Positions 10,678 to 22,572 are shown, numbered from the stretch's first letter. The stretch: 64,000 nucleotides of DNA from Alphaproteobacteria bacterium (GCA_965249135.1 OZ252220.1:1376001-1440000), one strand, 5' to 3'. A program made the numbers and translations. The notes: a model not told the origin generated them from the sequence alone.

Positions 10678-11589
10678 ATGACGGGTCCAAACCTCTACGC
10701 CGGAAGTGCGATCGATCGCGCCGCCCACCGGAGGCGCGACAAGGACTGGATCGAAGCGCAATTCCTGCGTGAGGACTCGCGCATCCTGCCGGTGTGGCGA
10801 AACGAAAGCCTGATCCACCTGGCGGAACCGCCGGCCGCCGGCCTCGTTTCGCACAAAACGGTTTTGGCGAGGATGGAGAAGGAGACGGTCGCAGCCTTTC
10901 TCGGTCTTTTCGAAGCCGTGCCTTACTTTGCCGTCGACGTCTCCCATCTCGACGATCCGGCCGGGTTTGCGGCGGCGGCCGATGCGCGTTTTGCGGACCT
11001 TCGGGAGCTTGGCCCCCTGCTCGGGCATGCGGAAGCCGGTCTTCTCGCCTATGCCAGGGGCCTCGTTTACTGGCACCGACGCCACGGTTACTGCGGTGCT
11101 TGCGGCAGCCGGACAGAAAGCGCGGAGGCCGGCCACATGCGCCGTTGTCTGGATGGGACTTGCGGGGCGGAGCATTTCCCGCGGACGGACCCGGCCGTCA
11201 TCACGCTGGTGACGAAGGGGGATACCTGCCTGCTCGGCCGCCAGGCGAGCTGGCCGAAGGGCATGTATTTGACGCTTGCCGGTTTCGTGGAGCCGGGCGA
11301 GAGCCTGGAGGACGCCGTCGCCCGCGAGGTCCTCGAGGAAACCGGCGTTCAAGTCTTTCGCATCCGCTACGTCTCCTCGCAGCCCTGGCCGTTTCCAGCC
11401 TCGCTGATGATCGGTTTCCGGGCGGAAGCGGAAGAAGGATCGGCCATCGCGCCGCGCATCGACGAACTCGAAGACGTGCAATGGTTTACGCGCGCCGAAC
11501 TCAAGGATCGAAAACGGATTAACGTTCGCCTTCCCTATCGGGGTGCGATCGCGCGCGGCATGATCGAGGGCTGGATCAAAGAAGTTTAA
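10678..11589 (+). CDS. nudC: NAD(+) diphosphatase NudC
   Basis: Zn ribbon CGACG..C, FPRTDPAVI, Nudix box GFVEPGESLEDAVAREVLEETG, SQPWPFP. Confidence 0.94.
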   Translation: MTGPNLYAGSAIDRAAHRRRDKDWIEAQFLREDSRILPVWRNESLIHLAEPPAAGLVSHKTVLARMEKETVAAFLGLFEAVPYFAVDVSHLDDPAGFAAAADARFADLRELGPLLGHAEAGLLAYARGLVYWHRRHGYCGACGSRTESAEAGHMRRCLDGTCGAEHFPRTDPAVITLVTKGDTCLLGRQASWPKGMYLTLAGFVEPGESLEDAVAREVLEETGVQVFRIRYVSSQPWPFPASLMIGFRAEAEEGSAIAPRIDELEDVQWFTRAELKDRKRINVRLPYRGAIARGMIEGWIKEV

Positions 11590-11593
11590 GCGT

Positions 11594-12454
11594 TCAGTTC
11601 TCGGAACGAAACGGATCCGCCGGATAGACGCCGAGGAGCTTCACCTCGCGTGAAATAAACCCAAGCTCTTCGAAGGCAAGCTGTACGTTTTTCTGTTCCG
11701 GGTGGCCCTCGATTTCCGCATAGAACTGGGTCGAGGTGAACGTGCCGTCGACCATGTAGCTCTCGAGTTTCGACATGTTCACCCCGTTCGTCGCAAAGCC
11801 ACCGAGCGCCTTGTAAAGCGCCGCCGGCACGTTGCGGACGGAAAAGATGAAGCTGGTGATGACGGTGCCCTGGCCAGGGTCCGGGTTCGCCGGCTCCTTC
11901 GCCAGAAGGACGAAGCGGGTCGTGTTGTGTTCGGCGTCTTCGAGATCGCGCCTCAGCACGTCGAGCCCGTAAATTTCCGCCGCCAACTCGGAAGCGATCG
12001 CCGCAGCACTTGCATCGCCCGCTTTCGCCACCTCTGCCGCCGCTGCCGCCGTGTCCGCGGTCACGATCGGAGTGAGCCCAAGTAAGCGGATCATTCCCCG
12101 ACATTGGGAAAGCGCCTGCACGTGGCTATAGACGCGTTTCAATCCGGAAAGCGTGGCACCTTTTGGCGCCAGCAGGCAGTGACGCACCCGCTGGAAGTAT
12201 TCGCCGACGATGTGAAGCGTCGAGTGGGGAAAGAGCAGGTGAATGTCCGCGACCCGGCCGACCAGCGAATTCTCGATCGGCAGCATGGCGAATCTTGCCT
12301 TTCCTTCCTCGACCGCGGCGAAGGCGTCTTCGAAGGAGGGGCAGGCAAGCGGCGCCATCTCCGGATGCGCCGTCCGGCAGGCCACATCCGAATAGGCCCC
12401 TTCGGCGCCTTGAAAGGCGATCGTCTTCGATGGGTCGGTGGTGGGTTCGCTCAT
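11594..12454 (-). CDS. pheA: Prephenate dehydratase
   Basis: AFQGAEGAYS, PIENS, NTTRF, ACT domain NMSKLES. Confidence 0.93.
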   Translation of the reverse strand: MSEPTTDPSKTIAFQGAEGAYSDVACRTAHPEMAPLACPSFEDAFAAVEEGKARFAMLPIENSLVGRVADIHLLFPHSTLHIVGEYFQRVRHCLLAPKGATLSGLKRVYSHVQALSQCRGMIRLLGLTPIVTADTAAAAAEVAKAGDASAAAIASELAAEIYGLDVLRRDLEDAEHNTTRFVLLAKEPANPDPGQGTVITSFIFSVRNVPAALYKALGGFATNGVNMSKLESYMVDGTFTSTQFYAEIEGHPEQKNVQLAFEELGFISREVKLLGVYPADPFRSEN

Positions 12455-12493
12455 CCTCGGCCCCGGCCTTAATAAGGTTCGAACGTCGGCAGG

Positions 12494-13249
12494 TCAGCCG
12501 TCTTTGCCCAACCCAAACAATTCTATGGCCCGGACAAGGTCTTGGTGAGTATCGACACCGAGCGGAACCGTGTCAACGAGCGCCACGTCGATCCGCATGC
12601 CGGTTTCCAGCGCACGCAGTTGTTCGAGCCCCTCTTTAAGTTCCGAGGAGGTTTGGGGGAGAGACACGAAGCGCTCAAGCGCTGCACGGCGAAACGCATA
12701 AAGGCCGATGTGATGGTAGGAAGGCCCATTCGCGCCCGGCACGGGACTTCGTGAGAAGGATAAGGCGCGGCCAAGGTGCGCGCCTGCTTCGATCTCGATG
12801 GCCACCTTCACGACATGGGGATCTTTGAGCTCTTCTTCGCCTTCGATTTTAACCGCAAGCGTCGCGATATCGACGGCGGGATCTTTGAGCGGGCCAAGGG
12901 CGGCCTTGATCGCCATTGGACTTATGAAGGGAAGATCGCCCTGCAGATTGACGACGACGTCGTGCGCGCCTTCTGGATCGATGGCCGAGACCGCCTCGAA
13001 GATGCGATCCGAGCCGCTGGCATGGTCGGCCCGCGTCAGGATCCAGCGTCCGCCTGCCGCCTCAACGGCCTTGCCGATCGTTTCGTCCTCGCAGGCCACA
13101 AGGACGGGACCGATACCCGCCTCCTCGGCCCGCCTTAAGACGTGGACGACCATCGGTTCGCCTTTGATGTCGGCAAGCGGCTTTCCAGGAAACCGCTTCG
13201 AGGCAAGCCGGACGGGAATCACGACGATCGGATTTTGAACCTTCGTCAT
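12494..13249 (-). CDS. kdsB: 3-deoxy-manno-octulosonate cytidylyltransferase
   Basis: RLASKRFPGKPL, SGSDR, NLQGD, HIGLYAF, EGLEQLRAL. Confidence 0.95.
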   Translation of the reverse strand: MTKVQNPIVVIPVRLASKRFPGKPLADIKGEPMVVHVLRRAEEAGIGPVLVACEDETIGKAVEAAGGRWILTRADHASGSDRIFEAVSAIDPEGAHDVVVNLQGDLPFISPMAIKAALGPLKDPAVDIATLAVKIEGEEELKDPHVVKVAIEIEAGAHLGRALSFSRSPVPGANGPSYHHIGLYAFRRAALERFVSLPQTSSELKEGLEQLRALETGMRIDVALVDTVPLGVDTHQDLVRAIELFGLGKDG

Positions 13250-13392
13250 CTTAAAAACCTGTATAGCGCGGGGGGGTCAACTGCGTCACTCGGATTTCCG
13301 ATGCGATGCCTTTGGAAAGGTGCAGGAATAGACGCCGGAAGGCGGGTGCGTTAGTCTGACCAATCGGCCAATCGCCCCAGGAGAAGGAACGC

Positions 13393-13929
13393 ATGCGTCC
13401 ATCGCACTTTTTGAAAATCCTTGGCGTGGTCGTGCTTACCGCCGCCCTGGCTGCGGCCTGCGACGAGGCCGGAAAAGAGGCCGAAGACGCGGCCGTGGGG
13501 CCGGCGGACGAGATCGAATCCATGCTGCAGGCCTTCGAAAAAGACGTGGAAAAGCAAGCGGCCGCTGCGGCGAAGAAGGCGCAAGAAGTGGAAGCGGTGG
13601 CAAAGGGCGCGGTGTTGGCGGGCGATGCCACCGCCGGTCGAAAGGTCTTCAAGAAATGCGCGGTCTGCCACACGGCCGAAAAGGGGGGCAAGCACAAGGT
13701 GGGGCCGAATCTTTGGAACGTCGTCGATCGCAAGAAGGCCTCGGCCGAGGGCTTTTCCTATTCGACCGCCATGAAAGAGGCGGGCGGCAATTGGACGGAA
13801 ACGGACCTCGATCAGTACCTCACCTCACCGAAAAAGTTCTTGCCTGGAAACCGGATGGCCTTTGCCGGCGTACGCAAGGCGAAAGATCGGGCCAATCTGA
13901 TCGCCTATCTGAAGTCGCTCGCAGACTAG
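13393..13929 (+). CDS. Membrane/lipid-anchored class I cytochrome c (cytochrome c2/CycM-like)
   Basis: CAVCH heme motif, GPNL, PGNRMAF axial Met; N-terminal signal ending LAAAC and Ala/Lys linker. Confidence 0.9.
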   Translation: MRPSHFLKILGVVVLTAALAAACDEAGKEAEDAAVGPADEIESMLQAFEKDVEKQAAAAAKKAQEVEAVAKGAVLAGDATAGRKVFKKCAVCHTAEKGGKHKVGPNLWNVVDRKKASAEGFSYSTAMKEAGGNWTETDLDQYLTSPKKFLPGNRMAFAGVRKAKDRANLIAYLKSLAD

Positions 13930-13939
13930 GGGGAAACGC

Positions 13940-14734
13940 TTGGCGGACCCCTCCCCGGAGGAACTGCGGACCTTTGCGGAAGCGCTTGCCGAGGTAAGCG
14001 GCGAGGTGCTCCGTCGCTATTACCGCACGCCCGTGGACGTCGACCAGAAGCCGGACCAAAGCCCGGTGACGATCGCCGATCGGGAAACCGAGTCAATTTT
14101 ACGCGAACGCATCGAGGCGGCCTTCCCGGCCCATGGCATCCTCGGCGAAGAGTTCGGCGCCATCCGCGAAGAGGCCCGTTACGTCTGGGTCCTCGATCCC
14201 ATCGACGGGACGAAGGCGTTTATCACCGGCAAGCCGCTGTTCGGCACGCTGATTGGCCTATTGAGGGATAACGCGCCGTTCCTGGGGCTGATCGATCAAC
14301 CAATCTTGAACGAACGTTGGGTCGGCATGCGGGGCCAAGAGACCCTATTCAACGGGAAGCCTGCGAAGACGCGGGCCTGCCCGAACGTCGGTCTTGCCGC
14401 CATGTATTCGACGGCGCCCGGCATGTTCGAAGGCGATGATGCGGAGGCCTATGGGCGGCTCAAGAAGCGCGTGCGTTACCCGCTGTTCGGAACGGATTGT
14501 TATGGCTATGGGCTCTTGGCGCTCGGCTTTGCGGATCTGGTGGTGGAGGCGAAGTTGAAGAACCATGATTTCTGCCCGATCGTTCCCATCGTCGAAGGGG
14601 CGGGCGGGCGCATGACGGACTGGCAGGGAAGGCCGCTTGGTCCAGACTCCGACGGCCGCGTCCTTGCCGCCGGCGATGCGACCCTTTATGAGGCGGCCCT
14701 AGCCATCCTCCAGGGGCGCGAAGTGACCAAGTAA
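13940..14734 (+). CDS. hisN: Histidinol-phosphatase, inositol monophosphatase family
   Basis: SPVTIADRE, GEE, WVLDPIDGTKAFITG motifs. Confidence 0.85.
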   Translation: MADPSPEELRTFAEALAEVSGEVLRRYYRTPVDVDQKPDQSPVTIADRETESILRERIEAAFPAHGILGEEFGAIREEARYVWVLDPIDGTKAFITGKPLFGTLIGLLRDNAPFLGLIDQPILNERWVGMRGQETLFNGKPAKTRACPNVGLAAMYSTAPGMFEGDDAEAYGRLKKRVRYPLFGTDCYGYGLLALGFADLVVEAKLKNHDFCPIVPIVEGAGGRMTDWQGRPLGPDSDGRVLAAGDATLYEAALAILQGREVTK

Positions 14735-14737
14735 GAG

Positions 14738-16615
14738 ATGGTGAGCATCCTTGAAATCCGCAGCGCACGCGTAAGTTCTTTACTTTACGCTTTCGCATTC
14801 CTGCTGCTTTGCCTCGTGCCCGGAACGGCAGAAGCGGAAAGCAAGTTTGAGGGTCTCCGCCACGGACTTTCGATGTTCGGCGATCTCAAATACGGGCCCG
14901 GTTTCGAACACTTCGATTACGTGAACCCAAACGCGCCGAAAGGGGGCGAAGTGAAACTCGCCGCGATCGGCAGCTTCGACAGCCTCAACCCGAACGTGCT
15001 GAAGGGGATCCCGGCGGCAAGCCTTGGACTGACGCGCGACACGCTGCTTAAAAGTTCGGACGACGAGGCCTTCGCCGAATACGGACTGATCGCCGAAAGC
15101 GTTGAGATCGCACCGGATCGCAGCGCCGTCACCTTCATGCTCAGAAGCCAAGCCCGTTGGCATGACCAAAGCCCGATCACGGCAGACGACGTCATTTTCT
15201 CGCTCACCGCACTGAAGGAGAAAGGGCATCCGACCTACCGCGCCTATTACGCGGACGTGCTGGGCGCAGAGAAGGTGGGCGAGCGCAAGGTGCGGTTTCG
15301 TTTTCGCGACGGCAACAACCGCGAGCTTCCGCTGATCCTGGGCCAGATGCCGATCGTCTCGAAGGCTTACTATTCGAAGGTCGATTTCGAAAAGACGTCG
15401 CTGGAGCCACCTTTGGCCAGCGGGCCCTACCGAATCGAAGCCGTCGATCCCGGCCGTTCGATCACCTATGTGCGCGTCAAGGATTACTGGGGAAAGGACT
15501 TGGCCGTAAACCGGGGAAAATATAATTTCGACCGGATCCGCCTCGATTATTACCGGGACACCGTGGTTGCGGTCGAGGCCTTCAAGGCCGGCGAATACGA
15601 CCTGCGTCGGGAGAACGTCTCGAAGAACTGGGCGACCGCCTACGACTTCCCGGCCCTTGCCGCGGGTTACGTGAACAAGGTGGAGATTGCCCACGAAATC
15701 CCGACCGGCATGCAGTGCTTCGCCTTCAACACGCGCCGGCCCATCTTCAAGGACCCCCGCGTGCGTCAGGCGTTGACCTATGCCTTCGACTTCGACTGGA
15801 CGAACCGAAGCCTTTTCTACGGCGCCTATACACGTACCCGGAGCTATTTCTCGAATTCCGAGCTTGCCTCGCGCGGCCTGCCCTCGGCAGACGAGTTGAA
15901 GCTGCTCGAGCCTTTCCGCGGGCAGATTCCGCAAGCCGTCTTCACGAAGGAATACGTGCCGCCTGCCACGGACGGAACCGGTAACATCCGGGCTAACTTA
16001 CGCGCCGCCTTCGGTCTTTTAGAAGCGGCAGGCTGGGTCGTGCGCGATCAAGTCCTGGTCAATGCCGGGACAGGCGTGCCCCTTACCTTCGAGGTCATGC
16101 TGGTGGACCCCTCCTTCGAGCGGGTCGTGCTGCCCTATGTGCGAAACCTAAAGCGGCTTGGCATCGACGTGCGGGTGCGCACCGTCGATCCCTCTCAGTA
16201 TCAAAACCGGTTCAACGACTTCGATTTCGACATGACGGTCGCCTCCTTCGGACAATCGCTTTCACCCGGCAACGAACAGCGTGATTTCTGGTCGAGCCGG
16301 TCGGCGGAGATCCCGGGCAGCCGCAACCTCATCGGGATCCGTGACCCGGTCGTGGATTCGCTTATCGAAAGTCTCATCAACGCGCCGGATCGTGGCGGCC
16401 TGATCGCCCGGACCCGGGCGCTGGATCGCGTCCTTCTGTGGGGTCACTACGTCGTGCCCCATTGGCACATCCGCCACTTCCGGGTGATCTACTGGAACCG
16501 CTTCGGCCGGCCGGAGCACCCGCCGAAATACGCGCTCGGTTTCAACGACTGGTGGATCGCGCCTGAGAAGGACGCGGCACTTCGCTCTTACCGCAACCAG
16601 CCCGCCAAGCCTTAA
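14738..16615 (+). CDS. yejA: YejA-like peptide ABC transporter substrate-binding protein
   Basis: HGLSMFGDLKY, HFDYVNPNAPKGG, SLSPGNEQR; first gene of a four-gene ABC operon. Confidence 0.88.
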   Translation: MVSILEIRSARVSSLLYAFAFLLLCLVPGTAEAESKFEGLRHGLSMFGDLKYGPGFEHFDYVNPNAPKGGEVKLAAIGSFDSLNPNVLKGIPAASLGLTRDTLLKSSDDEAFAEYGLIAESVEIAPDRSAVTFMLRSQARWHDQSPITADDVIFSLTALKEKGHPTYRAYYADVLGAEKVGERKVRFRFRDGNNRELPLILGQMPIVSKAYYSKVDFEKTSLEPPLASGPYRIEAVDPGRSITYVRVKDYWGKDLAVNRGKYNFDRIRLDYYRDTVVAVEAFKAGEYDLRRENVSKNWATAYDFPALAAGYVNKVEIAHEIPTGMQCFAFNTRRPIFKDPRVRQALTYAFDFDWTNRSLFYGAYTRTRSYFSNSELASRGLPSADELKLLEPFRGQIPQAVFTKEYVPPATDGTGNIRANLRAAFGLLEAAGWVVRDQVLVNAGTGVPLTFEVMLVDPSFERVVLPYVRNLKRLGIDVRVRTVDPSQYQNRFNDFDFDMTVASFGQSLSPGNEQRDFWSSRSAEIPGSRNLIGIRDPVVDSLIESLINAPDRGGLIARTRALDRVLLWGHYVVPHWHIRHFRVIYWNRFGRPEHPPKYALGFNDWWIAPEKDAALRSYRNQPAKP

Positions 16616-16630
16616 GACCTAAAAAACGCC

Positions 16631-17746
16631 ATGCTCGCCTACATCCTGCGACGGCTTCTCCTGATCATCCCGACGCTTTTCGGGATCATGGTCGTCAACT
16701 TCATCGTCGTGCAGGTCGCCCCCGGCGGCCCCGTCGAGCGCTTGATCGCGCAAATCCAGGGCATCGACGTAGGCGCAACGGCCCGGATCGCCGGCACGTC
16801 CACCGGCGAAGCGCCGATCCGCGAATCGGCGAAGACGCGGGCCACGACAGAAAGCGCAACCAGCAAGTATCGCGGCGCCCAAGGATTGGACCCGGAGTTC
16901 GTCAAGCACATCGAGAAGCTTTACGGCTTCGACAAGCCCGCCCATGAGCGTTTCTTCGTCATGATGAAGGGGTACTTACGCTTCGACTTCGGCGAAAGTT
17001 ACTTCCGCAACCGTTCCGTCGTCGATCTTGTGTTCGACAAGATGCCGGTCTCCATTTCGCTAGGCCTCTGGACGACGCTTTTGGTCTATCTGATCTCCAT
17101 CCCCTTGGGCGTCGCAAAAGCAGTCCGGGACGGCTCCCCGTTCGATGTGTGGACGAGTTCCGTCGTCATCGTCGGCTATGCGATTCCAAGCTTCCTGTTT
17201 GCGATTCTGCTGATCGTGCTGCTAGCGGGCGGCAGCTTCGTGGATATCTTTCCCCTGCGTGGCCTTACCTCCGAGAACTGGCACGAACTCGACTGGCCGG
17301 CGCGCATTCTGGATTACTTCTGGCACATCGCGTTGCCGGTGCTGGCCATGGTCATCGGCGGCTTCGCGGGCCTTACCATGCTCACCAAGAATTCTTTCCT
17401 CGAGGAAATCAACAAGCAATACGTCGTGACCGCGCGGGCGAAGGGACTGACGAAGCACCGCGTACTTTATGGTCACGTCTTTCGGAACGCGATGCTGATC
17501 GTGATCGCGGGATTCCCGAGCGCGTTCATCGGCGTCCTCTTTACGGGCGCGTTGCTGATTGAGGTCATCTTCTCGCTCGATGGCCTCGGCCTGCTCGGAT
17601 TCGAGGCAGCCATCAACCGCGACTACCCGGTGATGTTCGCCACCCTCTACTTCTTCACGCTGATCGGATTGCTGATGAATCTGCTCGGCGATCTCATGTA
17701 TGTCGTCGTCGATCCCCGCATCGACTTCGATACGCGCGAGGTATGA
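16631..17746 (+). CDS. yejB: YejB-like ABC transporter permease
   Basis: [29 protein letters not shown] loop, DPRI. Confidence 0.92.
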   Translation: MLAYILRRLLLIIPTLFGIMVVNFIVVQVAPGGPVERLIAQIQGIDVGATARIAGTSTGEAPIRESAKTRATTESATSKYRGAQGLDPEFVKHIEKLYGFDKPAHERFFVMMKGYLRFDFGESYFRNRSVVDLVFDKMPVSISLGLWTTLLVYLISIPLGVAKAVRDGSPFDVWTSSVVIVGYAIPSFLFAILLIVLLAGGSFVDIFPLRGLTSENWHELDWPARILDYFWHIALPVLAMVIGGFAGLTMLTKNSFLEEINKQYVVTARAKGLTKHRVLYGHVFRNAMLIVIAGFPSAFIGVLFTGALLIEVIFSLDGLGLLGFEAAINRDYPVMFATLYFFTLIGLLMNLLGDLMYVVVDPRIDFDTREV

Positions 17747-18798
17747 GCAGGATGGAAGACCGGTTCTTCGGCATTCGCATCACGCCACTCACACGCCGAC
17801 GGCTTCACAATTTCCGCGCGAACCGGCGCGGTTTCTGGTCGTTGTGGATCTTTCTTGCGCTTTTCTTCGCGAGCCTGTTCGCGGAGATCGTCGCGAACGA
17901 CCGGCCGCTCGTCGTCTACTACGACGAAGGGATCTATTTCCCGGTGTTCGAGCGTTACACCGAAACCGCCTTCGGCGGCGAGTTCGAGACCGAGGCCGAC
18001 TACCGGGACCCCTATGTCATCGGCCTGATCGACGCGAAGGGCTGGTTTGTCTGGCCGCTCATCGAATACGGGCCGAGGACGATCAACTACGAGCTACCCC
18101 AGCCGGCGCCGGCGCCGCCGTCGCCTGAGAACTGGCTCGGCACGGACGACCAAGGCCGGGACGTCGTGGCCCGCATCGTCTATGGGTTTCGGATTTCCGT
18201 CCTGTTCGGGCTTGCGCTCACGCTGTTCAGTTCGATCGTCGGCGTCGCGGCCGGTGCCGTCCAAGGCTATTTCGGCGGCTGGACGGACCTACTCTCCCAG
18301 CGCTTCATCGAGATCTGGGGGGGGCTTCCGGTGCTGTTCCTGCTGATCATTCTCTCGAGCGTGGTTGAGCCGAACTTCTGGTGGCTGCTCGGCATCATGC
18401 TGCTGTTCAGCTGGATGACACTGGTCGGTGTCGTGCGCGCGGAGTTTCTCCGGGCCAGGAACTTCGACTACGTGCGTGCCGCGCGCGCCCTTGGGGTCAG
18501 GAACCTGACGATCATGTTCCGCCACGTGCTTCCCAACGCCATGGTCGCGACGCTTACCTTCCTTCCTTTTATCCTGAGCGGGTCGATCACGACGCTCACA
18601 TCGCTCGACTTCTTAGGCTTCGGTCTGCCGCCGGGATCTGCATCGCTTGGTGAGTTGCTCGCCCAAGGCAAGGCGAACCTGCAGGCGCCCTGGCTTGGAA
18701 TCGGTGGCTTCCTCGTGCTCGCCCTCATGCTGACGCTGCTGATCTTCGTCGGCGAAGCGGTGCGGGATGCCTTCGATCCAAGGAAGACCCGGCCATGA
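17743..18798 (+). CDS. yejE: YejE-like ABC transporter permease
   Basis: [28 protein letters not shown]; ATGA overlap with yejB. Confidence 0.92.
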   Translation: MSRMEDRFFGIRITPLTRRRLHNFRANRRGFWSLWIFLALFFASLFAEIVANDRPLVVYYDEGIYFPVFERYTETAFGGEFETEADYRDPYVIGLIDAKGWFVWPLIEYGPRTINYELPQPAPAPPSPENWLGTDDQGRDVVARIVYGFRISVLFGLALTLFSSIVGVAAGAVQGYFGGWTDLLSQRFIEIWGGLPVLFLLIILSSVVEPNFWWLLGIMLLFSWMTLVGVVRAEFLRARNFDYVRAARALGVRNLTIMFRHVLPNAMVATLTFLPFILSGSITTLTSLDFLGFGLPPGSASLGELLAQGKANLQAPWLGIGGFLVLALMLTLLIFVGEAVRDAFDPRKTRP

Positions 18799-20399
18799 TC
18801 CCCTTCGTCGAAATCAAAAACCTGTCCGTCGTCTTCGGCCATGGTGCGAAGGCGGTGGAAGCCGTGCGCGAGGTCTCGCTTACGATTCACAAGGGCGAGA
18901 CGTTGGCGCTGGTCGGCGAAAGCGGGTCCGGCAAATCCGTGACCGCGCTTTCGATCCTGCAGCTTCTTCCCACCCCTTATGCGCGCCACCCGAAAGGCAG
19001 CATCCGTATCGAAGGGCGCGAAGTGATCGGCGCACCGCATGGTGAACTTCAACGCTTGCGCGGCGGGCGCATCGCCATGATCTTCCAGGAGCCGATGACG
19101 TCCCTAAATCCGCTGCACACCATCCGCAAGCAGATCGGCGAGACGCTGGCGCTCCACAAGGGGCTTGCGAACAAGGCGGCGGAGGCGCGCACGCTCGAGC
19201 TGCTTCGCCTCGTCCAGCTCAAGGATCCGGAAAGCCGTCTCGACGCCTACCCGCACCAGCTTTCCGGCGGCGAGCGTCAGCGCATCATGATCGCGATGGC
19301 GCTGGCCAACGAGCCGGACCTTTTGATCGCCGACGAGCCGACGACGGCGCTCGACGTCACGATCCAGGCACAAATATTGAAGCTTCTGAAAGAGTTGAAG
19401 GAAAAGCTCGGCATGGCGATGCTGCTGATCACCCACGATTTGGGGATCGTACGCAAGATGGCGGACCGCATTGCCGTCATGCATGAAGGCCGGATCGTCG
19501 AGACGGAAGCAACCGAGCGGCTCTTCGAGGCGCCCAAGCATGCCTACACGAAGATGCTGCTGGCGGCGGAACCAAGTGGCAAGCCTAATCATCCCGATCC
19601 GTCCGCGCCTGTCGTCATGACCGGCGAGGGGGTACGCGTCTGGTTCCCGATCAAGAAGGGGCTACTCAGACGCACCGTCAATTACGTAAAGGCGGTGGAC
19701 GGCATTTCCGTTTCCGTTCGCGCCGGCCACACGCTTGGCATCGTCGGCGAAAGCGGGTCCGGCAAGACGACGCTGGCGCTTGCACTCCTCCGCCTGCAGA
19801 AAAGCGAAGGGAAGATCCAACTCGACGGCCGCGATTTGAAGCGGCTTCGCCAAAACGAACTGCAGCCGCTTCGAAAGGAAATGCAGATCGTCTTCCAGGA
19901 TCCCTTCTCGAGCCTAAGCCCGCGCATGTCGATCGGGCAGATCATCGAGGAAGGGCTTCGCGTCCATAAACTCGGCGGCATCCCGGAAGAGCGGGTCGCA
20001 CTCATCGAAGCCGCCCTTCGCGAGGTCGGGCTCGACCCGGAAACGCGGCACCGCTATCCCCATGAGTTCTCCGGCGGCCAGCGCCAGCGGGTGGCGATCG
20101 CCCGGGCCATCGTGCTGAAGCCGAAACTCTTGGTGCTCGACGAGCCAACGTCCGCGCTCGACCGTTCCGTCCAGGCGCAGATCGTCGATCTGCTGCGCGA
20201 CCTCCAAGCCCGCCACGGGCTCGCCTATATTTTCATCAGCCATGACTTAAAAGTCGTCCGCGCGCTTGCCGACGAAGTCATCGTGCTGAAGGACGGCCAT
20301 TTGATCGAGGCGGGACCGGCGGAACGGATCTTCGCCCAGCCAAGCGACGCCTATACCCGGGCGCTCATCAAGGCGGCCTTCGAGTTGGAGGCGGCTTGA
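18795..20399 (+). CDS. yejF: YejF-like double ABC ATPase
   Basis: Two GESGSGK Walker A motifs, two YPH(Q/E)xSGG signatures, two DEPT Walker B motifs. Confidence 0.9.
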   Translation: MIPFVEIKNLSVVFGHGAKAVEAVREVSLTIHKGETLALVGESGSGKSVTALSILQLLPTPYARHPKGSIRIEGREVIGAPHGELQRLRGGRIAMIFQEPMTSLNPLHTIRKQIGETLALHKGLANKAAEARTLELLRLVQLKDPESRLDAYPHQLSGGERQRIMIAMALANEPDLLIADEPTTALDVTIQAQILKLLKELKEKLGMAMLLITHDLGIVRKMADRIAVMHEGRIVETEATERLFEAPKHAYTKMLLAAEPSGKPNHPDPSAPVVMTGEGVRVWFPIKKGLLRRTVNYVKAVDGISVSVRAGHTLGIVGESGSGKTTLALALLRLQKSEGKIQLDGRDLKRLRQNELQPLRKEMQIVFQDPFSSLSPRMSIGQIIEEGLRVHKLGGIPEERVALIEAALREVGLDPETRHRYPHEFSGGQRQRVAIARAIVLKPKLLVLDEPTSALDRSVQAQIVDLLRDLQARHGLAYIFISHDLKVVRALADEVIVLKDGHLIEAGPAERIFAQPSDAYTRALIKAAFELEAA

Positions 20400-20449
20400 A
20401 ACCCGATCCCGTCATTGCCTAAGGGGGCAGGCGACCCTATAAGGCCCCG

Positions 20450-22252
20450 ATGACGGAACTCAAATTCATCCGAAATTTCGCGATCATCGCCCATATCGAC
20501 CACGGGAAATCGACGCTGGCCGACCGCCTGATCCAGCTTTGCGGCGGCTTGACGAAGCGCGAGTTGCGCGAGCAGGTCCTAGATACGATGGAGCTCGAAC
20601 GCGAACGCGGCATCACCATCAAGGCCCATTCCGTGCGCCTCAACTACCAGGCAGACGACGGCAATGTTTACGAGCTTAACCTCATGGACACGCCCGGCCA
20701 CGTCGACTTCGCCTATGAGGTGAGCCGGTCGCTGGCGGCATGCGAAGGGTCGCTTCTCATCGTCGATGCGAGCCAGGGGGTGGAGGCCCAGACGCTGGCC
20801 AACGTCTATCAGGCGATCGAGAACGACCACGAGATCGTGCCCATGCTGAACAAGATCGACCTCGTGGCCGCTGAGCCGGAGCGGGTGAAGGGCCAGTTGA
20901 AGAACGTGATCGGCCTCGATCCGGAAGGTGCGCTTCTGGCCTCGGCGAAGACCGGCGAGGGCGTGAAAGAAGTGCTGGAGGCGCTCATCCACCGCCTGCC
21001 GGCGCCAAAGGGCGAATTCAAGGCGCTGCTTCGCGCCCTTCTCGTCGACAGCTGGTACGACGCCTATCTCGGCGTCGTCATCCTGGTCCGCATCCTCGAT
21101 GGCGAGCTGAAACGGGGCCAGAAGATTCGCATGATGGCGACGGATGCGAGCTATACGATCGATCGCGTCGGCGTCTATACGCCGAAACAGGAGACGGTTG
21201 AAGCGCTTGGTCCCGGCGAGATTGGTTTTTTCACCGCCAGCATCAAGGCGGTGGCGGATTGCCGCATCGGCGATACGATCACCGACGCGGAACGGCCCGC
21301 GCTTACGCCGCTGCCCGGCTTCAAGCCGAGCGTGCCGGTCGTCTTCTGCGGCCTCTTTCCGATGGATGCGGCCGATTTCGGCCAGCTTCGGGAGAGCTTA
21401 GGCAAGCTTGGCCTGAACGATGCGAGCTTCGTCTATGAGGCGGAGACCTCGGCCGCCCTTGGCTTCGGTTTCCGCTGCGGCTTTTTGGGCCTGCTGCACA
21501 TGGAGATCATCACCGAGCGGCTCGAGCGTGAGTTCAACCTCGATTTGATTACGACGACGCCTTCCGTCATTTACCGTGTTCATCTCAACGATGGCGAAGT
21601 GAAGGAGCTTCACAACCCGGCCGATCTGCCGGATCCGGTGAGGATCACCAAGATCGAGGAGCCCTGGATCAAGACGACGATCTTGGTTCCCGACGATTAT
21701 CTTGGCGCAGTCCTGCAATTGTGTACGGAACGACGCGGCGTGCAGATCGAGCTCACTTACGCAGGCAACCGCGCGATGGTCGTCTATCGGCTGCCCTTGA
21801 ACGAGATCGTCTACGACTTCTACGACCGGCTGAAGAGCGTCTCGCGCGGCTATGCGAGTTTCGATTACGTGATGGACGGCTACAAGGAAGGGGAGCTCGT
21901 GAAGCTGATCATCCTCGTGAATGGTGAGCTGGTCGACGCGCTGGCGATGATCGTCCACCGGGGCCACGCGGAGGCCCGCGGGCGGGCCATGTGCAAGCGC
22001 TTAAAGACGCTGATCCCAAGACAGTTGTTCAAGGTGGCGTTGCAGGCGGCGATCGGCGGCAAGGTCATCGCGCGCGAAACGGTGAGCGCACTGAGGAAGG
22101 ACGTCACCGCGAAATGCTATGGCGGCGACGTGACGCGCAAACGGAAGCTGCTTGAGAAACAGAAGAAGGGGAAGAAGAAGATGCGCGAGTTCGGCAATGT
22201 GGAGATCCCGAAGCGCGCCTTCCTCGAGGCCTTGAAGGCCGGCGAGGATTGA
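20450..22252 (+). CDS. lepA: Elongation factor 4
   Basis: [43 protein letters not shown]. Confidence 0.97.
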   Translation: MTELKFIRNFAIIAHIDHGKSTLADRLIQLCGGLTKRELREQVLDTMELERERGITIKAHSVRLNYQADDGNVYELNLMDTPGHVDFAYEVSRSLAACEGSLLIVDASQGVEAQTLANVYQAIENDHEIVPMLNKIDLVAAEPERVKGQLKNVIGLDPEGALLASAKTGEGVKEVLEALIHRLPAPKGEFKALLRALLVDSWYDAYLGVVILVRILDGELKRGQKIRMMATDASYTIDRVGVYTPKQETVEALGPGEIGFFTASIKAVADCRIGDTITDAERPALTPLPGFKPSVPVVFCGLFPMDAADFGQLRESLGKLGLNDASFVYEAETSAALGFGFRCGFLGLLHMEIITERLEREFNLDLITTTPSVIYRVHLNDGEVKELHNPADLPDPVRITKIEEPWIKTTILVPDDYLGAVLQLCTERRGVQIELTYAGNRAMVVYRLPLNEIVYDFYDRLKSVSRGYASFDYVMDGYKEGELVKLIILVNGELVDALAMIVHRGHAEARGRAMCKRLKTLIPRQLFKVALQAAIGGKVIARETVSALRKDVTAKCYGGDVTRKRKLLEKQKKGKKKMREFGNVEIPKRAFLEALKAGED

Positions 22253-22256
22253 AGCT

Positions 22257-22559
22257 TTAAGCCCGCCTTAGGAACCAGGCGAGCAAGCCGCCGATCACGC
22301 CGAAGACGAGCCAGGCCGGCTGCAACAGGACGGGCGTCGCGCCGTATTCCCAGATGGTCGGGTGGAGGTAGCGCTGGACGGAAGCCTGAAGCGCATTCAG
22401 GCTTCCAGTATCCAGGCGAAACCAAAGCTCACCAAGGGCAAGCGAGGCGAAGGCCTCGCCCTGGATCCAAGGTTGGAGCGCGCCGCCGAAGGCAAGCAGC
22501 GCCAGCACGAGGAACACCCAACCCAGATAGCGACCGGCTTTTCGAATGCGTCGAAGCAA
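22257..22559 (-). CDS. Small membrane protein of unknown function
   Basis: TTG at 22559 after AAAGGA; about 100 aa with two hydrophobic segments and LGELW...SLNALQASVQRY. Confidence 0.65.
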   Translation of the reverse strand: MLRRIRKAGRYLGWVFLVLALLAFGGALQPWIQGEAFASLALGELWFRLDTGSLNALQASVQRYLHPTIWEYGATPVLLQPAWLVFGVIGGLLAWFLRRA

Positions 22560-22572
22560 TTTATCTCTTCCT